Positions 34,969 to 44,878 of a stretch of DNA of 64,000 nt are shown here, piece after piece. Positions within the stretch are counted from its first letter, which is position 1. The number at the start of each line of letters is the position of its first letter. A program made the translations under genes and the position numbers. Under the pieces are notes generated by a model. The model did no database searches and was not told the DNA's origin. It was given only the letters and a program-made list of their open reading frames with translations. Source of the DNA: a virus; the IMG/VR virus record IMGVR_UViG_3300032223_001420, positions 1-64,000 of that record; one strand, 5' to 3'.

Positions 34969-37029
34969 ATGACAGAACGTCTAAGAGTAACCGAACTTGA
35001 TTTTGATACAATCAAGCAGAATTTAAAAACATATTTACAAGCACAAAACAAGTTTACCGACTATGATTTCGATGGTTCTGGTCTGTCTATTTTGCTTGAT
35101 ATTCTGGCATACAATACTCACTATAATGCGTATTACCTGAATATGGTTGCAAACGAATCATTTTTAGATACTGCTCTTTTACGTGATTCGGTTATTTCTC
35201 ATGCTAAAGTTTTGGGCTACGTTCCATATTCGACTAAAGCGCCGATTGCTAATATTAACTTTACTGTACAAACCACTTCAAATTCAGCAGCAACAATTAC
35301 TGTCCCTAAAGGATTTCGTTTTTTATCAAATGAGATTGATGGTGTAAGTTATGGTTTTGTCACACTACAAGAGAATAAAGTTACCAAAGCAAACACCGAC
35401 TTTGTTTTTGAAAACCTAGAATTGTATGAGGGACAGTTAGTAACATATTCATATACGTATGATACGACATCCAATCCCAAACAAATATTTACAATTCCTG
35501 ATGAAAACGTTGACACAACAACGATTACGGTAGTCGTTCAGCCTTCTACATCTTGTACCGCTTCTGAAGTATATACATTCGCTCCAGATGCATCGGAAAC
35601 GAATACAAACTCTTCTGTGTTTTATCTACAAGAAAATAAGAGCAAAAAATACGACATTTATTTTGGTAACGATGTTATCGGTAAAAGTTTAACTAATGGT
35701 TCGATTGTTTCAATTTCATACTTGATTACAAATGGAAGTGCTGCAAATAAAGCAGCTAATTTTGTAGCCGCAGGTGGGGGATTAACTGATTCGTTAGGTA
35801 ATAATCAAACAAACTTTATAATCGATTTGGTCAACGAAGCATCTGGTGGTGCTGAACGAGAGTCGGTCGATGAAATTAAATTTTCTGCTCCTTTACAATT
35901 TACCACGCAGAATCGATTAGTGACAATCAAAGACTATGAGTCTTTCATTATTAAAAATTATCCTTCGGTAGATTCGGTATCGGTATGGGGTGGTGAAGAT
36001 GAAGCTCCTCCTGTTTTTGGAACAGTATTTCTTTCTCTAAAACCTCGTCAAAACTATTATCTGTCAAACGTTGAAAAGCAAAGAATTATCGATGAGATTA
36101 TAAAACCAAAAGCAGTTGTTGCTGTTCAAACGATCATACGTGATCCAGAATATTTGTATTTGTTAATTTCACCAAACGTAACGTATGATCCCAAGAAAAC
36201 AATTTTAACGCCAGAACAATTGAAGACATCAATTAGAACGGCTGTTGTAAACTATAAAAATACTTACTTGGATAAGTTTAATTCGAGATTTATTCTGTCT
36301 AAACTTCAACAAGATATTGCTTCAGTTGATTTGAACTCAATCATTGGTTCAAAAGTGGTGGTTCGTCTGCAAAAAAGATTTGAGCCAACACTAGGTATTG
36401 GTCAATCATATACTCTCTATTTTAATGCTGCGTTATATCGTGGTACGATTTCTGATAAATTGACATCTACATATTTTAAAACATATGATAGTTTGGGTAT
36501 TGAAAGAGAAGTTCAGTTTGAAGAAATTCCACAATCATACTCAGGTATTTCATCTATTTCGATTATCAATCCTGGTTCAGGATATACTTCTGCACCGAAT
36601 GTAACTATTTCTGGTGACGGAACTGGAGCGACTGCTGTGGCTACCGTGGTCAATGGAGTAATCTCAAACATAACTGTTGTTAATAGAGGCATCGATTATA
36701 CACGTGCAGTTATTACTATTGATGGTGGTAACGGTTATGGTGCATCAGCCGCAGCCGAAGTTGATGCTAAGATCGGTACAATACGAACTGTATATTATGA
36801 TACTCTATCACAAAAACAAGTTGTTGATGAATCCGCTGGTACAATCAATTATGATACCGGTGAAGTTGTGATTAACAATATTCTCATTAACTCAGTCACT
36901 TCGGCCGATGGTTATATTAGACTTTCAATTGAGGCTGATAAAGGTATAATAGATACAGTAAAAAATACAATTATAACTATTGATGAACAAGACCCAATTT
37001 CGATTAGCACAACACTAGAAACTGTATAA
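34969..37029 (+). CDS. gp6: Baseplate wedge subunit gp6
   Basis: ELDFD.IK.NL, F.DYDF.GS.L..LLD.LAYNTHY, GG...ES...IK..AP.....Q.R.VT..DY, WGGE. Confidence 0.95.
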   Translation: MTERLRVTELDFDTIKQNLKTYLQAQNKFTDYDFDGSGLSILLDILAYNTHYNAYYLNMVANESFLDTALLRDSVISHAKVLGYVPYSTKAPIANINFTVQTTSNSAATITVPKGFRFLSNEIDGVSYGFVTLQENKVTKANTDFVFENLELYEGQLVTYSYTYDTTSNPKQIFTIPDENVDTTTITVVVQPSTSCTASEVYTFAPDASETNTNSSVFYLQENKSKKYDIYFGNDVIGKSLTNGSIVSISYLITNGSAANKAANFVAAGGGLTDSLGNNQTNFIIDLVNEASGGAERESVDEIKFSAPLQFTTQNRLVTIKDYESFIIKNYPSVDSVSVWGGEDEAPPVFGTVFLSLKPRQNYYLSNVEKQRIIDEIIKPKAVVAVQTIIRDPEYLYLLISPNVTYDPKKTILTPEQLKTSIRTAVVNYKNTYLDKFNSRFILSKLQQDIASVDLNSIIGSKVVVRLQKRFEPTLGIGQSYTLYFNAALYRGTISDKLTSTYFKTYDSLGIEREVQFEEIPQSYSGISSISIINPGSGYTSAPNVTISGDGTGATAVATVVNGVISNITVVNRGIDYTRAVITIDGGNGYGASAAAEVDAKIGTIRTVYYDTLSQKQVVDESAGTINYDTGEVVINNILINSVTSADGYIRLSIEADKGIIDTVKNTIITIDEQDPISISTTLETV

Positions 37030-40000
37030 TGTCAGCAAATACCGATCTAAAAACTTCCGTTCTTGTTAGCCAAGAAGTCCCTGAATTTATTCGGGATGAG
37101 TATCCCACGTTTATTGCTTTCTTAGAAGCGTATTATCAATTCTTAGAAGAAAAACAAGGAACCGAGAATAATGATTTAATTACTCAGTCTAAAAAATTAA
37201 GAACGATTCGTGATGTTGATGAGTCAATAGATGAGTTTGAAACAAATTTTTATAATACTTACGCTACACTTTTACCTTTAGAAGTTCAGTCTGATAAAGC
37301 ACTTCTGTTTAAACAATTAGTACCTTTGTATAAAACAAAGGGTAGCGATGCATCATTTAAACTGTTGTTTAGATTAGTATTCGGCGAAGATATCGATGTT
37401 ATTCTTCCTAAAAATAATGTTCTAAAGTCTTCATCGAGTAAATGGCAGATTGATAATAAACTTCGTGTCAACTCACAGATATCATCACGTTATGTAGCTG
37501 ATGGCTCAACCAAAACTTTTGTTCTTGCACAGATTTCTGGTAAAGAAGATATTAAAGTTTATTTGGGCGACACTTTACAAACTACAGGCTATAGTGTTCG
37601 CAAAGAATATCGTAAATTAATTTTTGACGTTGCACCAGCAAATAATACAGTCGTTACTGTTACCTACACATCTTTTAATACCGATCTGTTAAAGAACCGA
37701 CAGGTTACTGGATTAACATCGGGTGCTACCGCAATCATCGAGTCAGCAACTCGAAGAATTATTACAGACTCATTGAATGTTGGTTTGCCAATTGAATTGT
37801 TAATTGATTCCGCAAATTTAACAGGTACGTTTTTAAATGGTGAGAATGTATCTATACCGATTGTTGATGTAAATGGAATATTGATTGACATTCGTGCTTC
37901 AACATTCTCTGTTGTTAAAGCAATCAATTTAACCAGTTTGGGTGCAAATTATAATGTTGGTGACCCAGTTTATGTTACTGGTGGTAATGCAACATCGAAT
38001 GCTATTGGTACAATCGAATCAATTTATCAAGGTATCGTTCAACAAATTTTAGTATCACATGGCGGTGCTATTTTTGGTCAAGATTCTCCAATTACCGTTC
38101 TTGGCAACACAAGTGCATATGGTTTGGAAGTGGTTGTCGATCAAATTGATTTGAGTGGAACGAATTCTGCGAATAGTCTTGTAGTATCCGATACACTGGT
38201 TGGACCGTATCAAAATGTTTACATTAACAATGCAAACTATGCTTGTACAACCGGCATTTCGACTACTGGTATTTTAAGTCCAAATTTAACAACTAGAATC
38301 GCTGATGTTTTAACTTATACATCAATACAAGCTGGACCGATTGCAAACGTCAAAGTTTTGCAGACATCAATGCCTTTAACTGTCAATCCAGTTTTTGATT
38401 CGTTTGGTGTTGCGTATGGCACAGATGCATCTATAATTACTAGCGTTACAGCAAACGCCGGTTCTGTAGGTGTAAACAGTTATGTTATTTTTAGTGGAGG
38501 CGCAACTTCTAACAGCGCAGCGAATGCAAGAATATATGTCAATTCCGCTGGTTATGTTGTCAACGTAAATCTTAATTATGGTGGTTTTTATGTTGGAAAC
38601 GTTTCTACTGCAACTGCTAATCAAGGTAACATAGCACTTTCTGTTTCATCAGTTAGACTTTCGCAAAGAACTCCAAAAAGTTTAAGATCGATTGGAAGAT
38701 TTAAAATTAATGATGGTGGTTCCAATTATAGACCATTTGATGAGATTGTATTTGGTGGAAACCCATTAGGAACTTATGGTAACTATGCCGAAGCTGTAGT
38801 CAGTGAAGTATACGCTGCAAATGGTGCGATTAGAAAAATTGCTCTTGCTAATACTTCGATTCCTGGAACGGTAACAATTTTTTCTGGTGGCACAATTATA
38901 AACGGTACCGGTACTAATTTTAACCGTGATTTAGTTGTTGGTGACTTGATTGATGTTAATGGTGAATCAAGAATCGTTGCTACAATTTCACCAGGTGGTC
39001 TTCAAGCATCTGTACAAAGCGGAACGCCTTTCACGAATTCTGCTACAGGTAAAAAAATTCGAGTTGCAAATCGTTATCCATTAGGTGGCTTTGGTTATAC
39101 ACAGAATAATTTTCCAACAGTAACAGTTTCATCTGCAACGGGTGCTGGCGCAAATATTGCAATCGATTCTCTTGTTTCAGATGGCGATAGATTCATAGCT
39201 ACTGGAACTGGAACGCAAGGTTCAATTCTTTCTCTTAAAATTCTTGATCCGGGTGCAGGATATCAATATATTCCTTCGGTTGAAATTAGAAGCGCAACCG
39301 GTACTGGTGCAGTAGCAAATGCAACTATTGAGCGTTCTTACGTAACAGCACCTGGTCGTTGGACAACTTCAGATTCTATTCTTTCTACTACTGAACGTAA
39401 ACTTGCTGGTCGAGATTATTACGTTGATTACTCATATATCATCTCTTCTAGAGTTGAATTTTACAAATATAAAACATTATTAAAAGAATTATTGCATCCA
39501 GTTGGTTTTGTAAAATATGCTGAATACAAAGCTGAGTCGGTTATTGACCTGTATGACATTGGTGTAGTTGTACCGAATCCTTTTGGTGATGAGCAATTCT
39601 TAACGATTTCTGGTCGTGTAAATGTTGGTAATGGAAGTATCGTTGTCAGTGGTTCACACGATCAAACAAAGTTTAATATCGCAAATAGTAGAGCATCAGG
39701 TATTTTATCATTAGGTATAAATGATGCATCTTATATTTCAGTTAATGGTGAAATTCGCAGAGTCAATTCTATTATTAGTAATACTACTCTTTTGACTTCC
39801 GCCAAAATAAATGATATCAAAATTGCAAACGTTGGATCAGGCTATTCTAATGGATATGTTGTATTCACTGGCGGTGGTGGTCGATTAACTGGAACAACTT
39901 TAACTTATCCAGGCTCAGGATATTCTAACGGCACATTGTTATTTACTGGTGCCGATGAAGCTATTCCTGCTTATGCTACTGTTGAAGTTTATGCATCTAA

Positions 40001-42560
40001 TGGTTCAATTCGTAATGTTAATTTTTTAAGCGGTGGTTTATATTCACAGCAACCAATAGCATCTTTTGATTCGACTAATGATCCACATCGAGTTCTTTAT
40101 GCAAACACAATAACGGTTACTAATCCTGGTGCTGGTTATACAAATGGCTTCTTTGATTTTTCTGATGCGGGCACGACAGGCAGAACTGCTAACATAGAAT
40201 ACACGGTATATACTTCAAATGGTGGTATTAACGTTCAGTCTATTAAAGTTAATGACTCTGGTTTATACGAAGGTTTTGTTACTGTTACACCAAATTCAAA
40301 ACCAAACACCACGGTTACGTATGTGAATATTGCAAATGCTGGTATCGCACATGCAAATGGTACACTTTTGTTTAATGACAAAGGCGTTATAAGCGTAACT
40401 GCAAATGCTGGTTCAGTAGTTCAATCTGGTAGTGGTCCTGGCGCAACACCAGTAAACACATTTATTACATTCTCTGGTGGTGGGTTAAGTAACACTATAG
40501 CAAATGCTAGAATTTATGTTAATAGTGCTGGTTATATTGTAAACGTAACAATGTGGGGAACAAGTGATTCGACTGGTGCTTTAGTACCACAAACTGGTAA
40601 TGGAATATATTTTAGCACACCAACGGCGACAGTTAATTCTGTAATCGATGGATTGTCTTATTCGAACGCAGTCTTTACTGTAACATCATCAACACTTTAT
40701 ACGAATAGACCCGCTTCTGGAACTGCTGAAGTTTATTCGAGTAATGGATCGCTTCGTAGTGTTACAGTTACCGATAGTGGTTTGTATTCAGCGAATTCTT
40801 ATTCAGTTAGTTCGCTTGGATGGCCATCAACGCCAACCAGTGCTGTAAATTTAAGTTATGTTATATTCACTGGCGGAACTGCACCAAATACAAGAAACAT
40901 TGCAGCGAATGCACAAATTTATGTAAACCTTGCTGGTTATATTGTAAATGTAAAAGTCACTTCTACTGGTTTATATACAAATAATACAATTACCGCTTTA
41001 ACATCTACTGGTGATGTGCTTACCGTAAATCCAGTTCAGTTTCCACAAGCAATATTAAATACCGCACCACTTTCCATCAATTCGATTTCGGCAAATGCTA
41101 TAACATATTATGGTAGAGCGCATCAGAATGGTTATATTAGATTTACTGGTGGCGATCCAATTGTTAATGCCAATGTGACGTATACGGTAGATGCGAATGG
41201 TGCAATAAATGCTGCGTCATTTACGATTGTTAATTCTGGATTGTATCGTTCAGCACCAACTGTTTCGGTTGATAATAATGCTGTTTCAATTACTGAAGCA
41301 TATCCAACTTCTATTGGTTCTGGTTATTCAGATGGATATTTAATTGTGATGGGTGGTGCACCATTAGTCAATTCTTCATCTATAACAATAGATACACGAC
41401 CAATTACCAATGCGAATATTCGTTTAGTTACCGATTCAACTACGGGTGCTATTGTCAGAAGTATCATAAATAATATCGGATTGTATGCTAATTCTGGTAA
41501 TATTACAGTTGATACTGCTGTTCAAAATGTTTATCCAAACGTAGTTACTGTCGCAAGTATAACTGCAAATGCTGGCGCAGTTGGTACGAATAGTTATGTT
41601 GTATTCTATGGCGGTGGTTGGGGTAATACTGCGGCGAATGCTAGAGTGTTTGTTAATACTGCTGGTTACATTCAAAACGTTGTTATTAATTATCCAGGTT
41701 CATATTGGGGTCTTCCAGTAGCGAATGCAAATACTACGGTGTTTGGTGGATCAGCATATAGCAATGCTAACTTTACAGTATCAATGAACGCCAACCCATC
41801 AGTTGCCGTGAATAGTTGGGTAACGTTTATTGGTGGTGGTCCTTTAGCTTTAGCGAATACTGCAAATGCTAGAATTTATGTTGATAGCAGAGGATATATT
41901 GAAAATGTAGTTGTATCGAATGCCGGCATTTATATGGCTGCTCCGATTGCAACAACAAATTCTGTGATTGATTTGTTGTCTTACAGTAACGCAACATTTA
42001 CGATTCAGATGGGTCCGACCATCATTTATGCAGCAAATGGTTATACACAGAATGGTTCTGGTGCTAAGTTTAGATTATCGTACAATTCAAATACGTCAAA
42101 TATTGCGAATCTGATTGTAACGACAAATGCGAATACTTTATATACTGCAATTCTGAATGTAGCATCGTATAGTAACTCAACGACAAATGCATCATTTACT
42201 GTTGCGGCAGTTTCCAACTCTCAGACAAACGCTGTAATATCAGTTTCTTTTGTTGGACAAAACACTGCTGCAAATGCTAATGTTGAAGTATATTCTGATA
42301 CTGGTGCAATTCGCAGAATTACAATTAATAATTCTGGAGAATATTATTATGCTCCAACGATAACACCAAACAGTTCAGGCATAGGTGGAGTATTAACTTT
42401 ATCAAGTAATAGTATAGGTAATTTTACGCAAACAGCAAACTTGCAGACGATGATCATTTATCAATCGCCTTCAATTATTCTTGGTGAGAATTATTATCAA
42501 CTTACGACAGATGATGATTTGCAGACATTATCAATCGATAGTGAAGAAGAAATACATTGA
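37029..42560 (+). CDS. gp7: Baseplate wedge initiator gp7-like protein with expanded internal repeats
   Basis: PEF...YP.F..FL..YY.FLE, Y..KG...S...LFR..FG, DYY..YSY.I.S, LHP.G; position after gp6. Confidence 0.8.
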   Translation: MSANTDLKTSVLVSQEVPEFIRDEYPTFIAFLEAYYQFLEEKQGTENNDLITQSKKLRTIRDVDESIDEFETNFYNTYATLLPLEVQSDKALLFKQLVPLYKTKGSDASFKLLFRLVFGEDIDVILPKNNVLKSSSSKWQIDNKLRVNSQISSRYVADGSTKTFVLAQISGKEDIKVYLGDTLQTTGYSVRKEYRKLIFDVAPANNTVVTVTYTSFNTDLLKNRQVTGLTSGATAIIESATRRIITDSLNVGLPIELLIDSANLTGTFLNGENVSIPIVDVNGILIDIRASTFSVVKAINLTSLGANYNVGDPVYVTGGNATSNAIGTIESIYQGIVQQILVSHGGAIFGQDSPITVLGNTSAYGLEVVVDQIDLSGTNSANSLVVSDTLVGPYQNVYINNANYACTTGISTTGILSPNLTTRIADVLTYTSIQAGPIANVKVLQTSMPLTVNPVFDSFGVAYGTDASIITSVTANAGSVGVNSYVIFSGGATSNSAANARIYVNSAGYVVNVNLNYGGFYVGNVSTATANQGNIALSVSSVRLSQRTPKSLRSIGRFKINDGGSNYRPFDEIVFGGNPLGTYGNYAEAVVSEVYAANGAIRKIALANTSIPGTVTIFSGGTIINGTGTNFNRDLVVGDLIDVNGESRIVATISPGGLQASVQSGTPFTNSATGKKIRVANRYPLGGFGYTQNNFPTVTVSSATGAGANIAIDSLVSDGDRFIATGTGTQGSILSLKILDPGAGYQYIPSVEIRSATGTGAVANATIERSYVTAPGRWTTSDSILSTTERKLAGRDYYVDYSYIISSRVEFYKYKTLLKELLHPVGFVKYAEYKAESVIDLYDIGVVVPNPFGDEQFLTISGRVNVGNGSIVVSGSHDQTKFNIANSRASGILSLGINDASYISVNGEIRRVNSIISNTTLLTSAKINDIKIANVGSGYSNGYVVFTGGGGRLTGTTLTYPGSGYSNGTLLFTGADEAIPAYATVEVYASNGSIRNVNFLSGGLYSQQPIASFDSTNDPHRVLYANTITVTNPGAGYTNGFFDFSDAGTTGRTANIEYTVYTSNGGINVQSIKVNDSGLYEGFVTVTPNSKPNTTVTYVNIANAGIAHANGTLLFNDKGVISVTANAGSVVQSGSGPGATPVNTFITFSGGGLSNTIANARIYVNSAGYIVNVTMWGTSDSTGALVPQTGNGIYFSTPTATVNSVIDGLSYSNAVFTVTSSTLYTNRPASGTAEVYSSNGSLRSVTVTDSGLYSANSYSVSSLGWPSTPTSAVNLSYVIFTGGTAPNTRNIAANAQIYVNLAGYIVNVKVTSTGLYTNNTITALTSTGDVLTVNPVQFPQAILNTAPLSINSISANAITYYGRAHQNGYIRFTGGDPIVNANVTYTVDANGAINAASFTIVNSGLYRSAPTVSVDNNAVSITEAYPTSIGSGYSDGYLIVMGGAPLVNSSSITIDTRPITNANIRLVTDSTTGAIVRSIINNIGLYANSGNITVDTAVQNVYPNVVTVASITANAGAVGTNSYVVFYGGGWGNTAANARVFVNTAGYIQNVVINYPGSYWGLPVANANTTVFGGSAYSNANFTVSMNANPSVAVNSWVTFIGGGPLALANTANARIYVDSRGYIENVVVSNAGIYMAAPIATTNSVIDLLSYSNATFTIQMGPTIIYAANGYTQNGSGAKFRLSYNSNTSNIANLIVTTNANTLYTAILNVASYSNSTTNASFTVAAVSNSQTNAVISVSFVGQNTAANANVEVYSDTGAIRRITINNSGEYYYAPTITPNSSGIGGVLTLSSNSIGNFTQTANLQTMIIYQSPSIILGENYYQLTTDDDLQTLSIDSEEEIH

Positions 42561-42587
42561 TTTTAGTATAAAAATTTAGGACAAAAA

Positions 42588-43271
42588 ATGGCACGAATTA
42601 AAATATCGGATTTACCATCACTTACAGATTCAGGAGTAGACCAAACGCAAGTGTATTTGGTTGCTAGTGATTTTACTGGAACAACTCCAGTAACTAAAAA
42701 AATGTCACTTAGTACCATCGATGCATCTGTCAGCAAAAGTGATGCCAATGCAAATTCTGCTGGTGCTTATGCCAATGGCGCATTTGCTACTGCTAATGTG
42801 GCGGGTACTTATGCAAATGGCGCTTTTATTCAAGCAAACGCTGCATTCTTGGTAGCAAACAATACACCGTTTGCATATAATCATGCTAATGCTGCATTCG
42901 TTCAAGCCAATTCGGCATATAATAATGGTGTTCAAGGAATCAGTGATGCTGCGGTAGCTTCAAGTTTAGCCATATCAGCTTTTGCAAAAGCGAATTCTGG
43001 TGCGATTGCTGCAAATACTCCTAGCCTTACAGCAAATATAGCATATTCAACTTCAATTGGCGCATATGCAAATGCCAATTCCTCTTTCACACAAGCCAAT
43101 GGAGCATTCATTCGAGCAAATGCTGCATCAATTACAGCAAATAATGCTAATGTATTTTCAGCGATTGTTGTGTCAGATTGGAATATATCACCTCCCATAA
43201 CGGTAAATGATGCTATTAATCGTCTTGCAAATTTAGTTTTTGCATTGAACAGTAATCTTCCAATACCATAA
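42588..43271 (+). CDS. Virion fibre-like protein with ANxA heptad repeats
   Basis: IKISDLP N-terminus, repeated ANGAF/ANAAF/ANSAY. Confidence 0.7.
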   Translation: MARIKISDLPSLTDSGVDQTQVYLVASDFTGTTPVTKKMSLSTIDASVSKSDANANSAGAYANGAFATANVAGTYANGAFIQANAAFLVANNTPFAYNHANAAFVQANSAYNNGVQGISDAAVASSLAISAFAKANSGAIAANTPSLTANIAYSTSIGAYANANSSFTQANGAFIRANAASITANNANVFSAIVVSDWNISPPITVNDAINRLANLVFALNSNLPIP

Positions 43272-43283
43272 TAAATATACATT

Positions 43284-44867
43284 ATGTCATCACAAACATC
43301 AAAACAAATATCTTACGTTGTTGCACAACAATTTAAAGAAGGCTTCTATGAGCCTTCCCCAACTCTTGGTTATGTATTTGTAGGTAATCACACTGCGTAT
43401 CCTGACGAGACTACTCCAACAACAACTGGCGATACTATTTCCGATGAAAAGGCGACTTGGAATAACATGTATGCCGCTAAACGAGTTACGGGAAATGACG
43501 TTGAACTTGTTATACCGAAAGTTATTTGGACATCAAATACAAAATATAAGCAATATGATGATAAAGTTGCAGTCAGGGATTTAATAGAACCTGATATTAC
43601 TGGAAACGTAAAGCCATTTTATGTTTATACGTCACAGCGAAATGTTTATAAGTGCTTATCAAATAATGCTTCAGCTAATTCTACAGTAGAACCATTTGGT
43701 GATTATACGTCATCCAATGGTAACATCGCAACTTCTGATGGTTATCTTTGGAAATACATGTATAGTGTCAAACCATCAAACAGATTCATATCAGATACAT
43801 GGATTCCAGTACCAGATTCGACAGCATTATTGGATTATTCTGTTAGCCCAATTGGTGTCGTTGATGGTGAATTGGCATCAATTACAGTTACAAACAAAGG
43901 TTCTGGATATTATGAAAATAAAATACGAGTTCTTCCAACATTTGCTGCTGGCTGTACAACATTAGTTTTAGCCAACACAACAAACGTAGCAGCGAACATG
44001 TATGTTTCAGGAACTGGACTTGCCCCACAGACATATATTTTACAGAAACAAACTTATGTTGGAAATGGCGTTAGTGCAATCGACCTTTCCACCGCAGCAA
44101 TTTCATCAGGTGGCGGCAACACAGAAGCAACTCAATTAACATTAACCACAAGAGTTTATGTTGATGGAGATGGGACAAGCGTAATTGCTATTCCAACTGT
44201 TAGTTCTGGTGATCCAGCTAATGCGAACATTTCAAAAGTAACTGTTTCAACTATTGGTACGGGCTATTCACGTGCAAATGCATACGTTTATGGAACAGGA
44301 ACCGGAGCATCCTTACGTGTAGTTTTAGACCCAAAATATGGTCATGCACATAATCCAGCTTTAGAATTGGGTTCTAATAGTGTTATGATCACAGTTAGAA
44401 TGGGTGAAATCGAAACAACCGAAGGTGGAGTCATTCCAGCAAACACAACATTTAGGCAATATGGTTTGTTTGTGGACCCTCATAAATACGGAGACTCGAA
44501 TGTAGTTTCACCGGCAAATGCGGCTTCGGTGGTTACACAAGCAACTCTATTAAACTTAGTTACTGGTCCGGCTTATTATCAAGACGAATTTGTTTATCAA
44601 GGTGTATCTCCAAGCACTGCAACCGCATATGGTTATGCATTGGATCAACCATCAGCAACTAAAATTCGATTAACAAATGTTGTTGGTAATTTTATTGTTG
44701 GTGCACCTTTGATTGGCGCAAATTCTGGCTCAAGTAGATTGGTAATTAATACCACTCCGCCAGATTTTCAGCCATACAGTGGAACAATATTGCATACAGA
44801 AAACGTTACCAAAGTGACCAGATCAGATGGTCAAGCAGAAAATATCAAACTTATTGTAAGATTATAA
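43284..44867 (+). CDS. gp8: Baseplate wedge subunit gp8
   Basis: W..M...KR, W.....Y..YD, FYV......VYKCL.N, DGY.WKYMY, P..GH......EL, FRQ.G...DP, R...Q.E.IK. Confidence 0.9.
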   Translation: MSSQTSKQISYVVAQQFKEGFYEPSPTLGYVFVGNHTAYPDETTPTTTGDTISDEKATWNNMYAAKRVTGNDVELVIPKVIWTSNTKYKQYDDKVAVRDLIEPDITGNVKPFYVYTSQRNVYKCLSNNASANSTVEPFGDYTSSNGNIATSDGYLWKYMYSVKPSNRFISDTWIPVPDSTALLDYSVSPIGVVDGELASITVTNKGSGYYENKIRVLPTFAAGCTTLVLANTTNVAANMYVSGTGLAPQTYILQKQTYVGNGVSAIDLSTAAISSGGGNTEATQLTLTTRVYVDGDGTSVIAIPTVSSGDPANANISKVTVSTIGTGYSRANAYVYGTGTGASLRVVLDPKYGHAHNPALELGSNSVMITVRMGEIETTEGGVIPANTTFRQYGLFVDPHKYGDSNVVSPANAASVVTQATLLNLVTGPAYYQDEFVYQGVSPSTATAYGYALDQPSATKIRLTNVVGNFIVGAPLIGANSGSSRLVINTTPPDFQPYSGTILHTENVTKVTRSDGQAENIKLIVRL

Positions 44868-44878
44868 AAGGTTAATAA

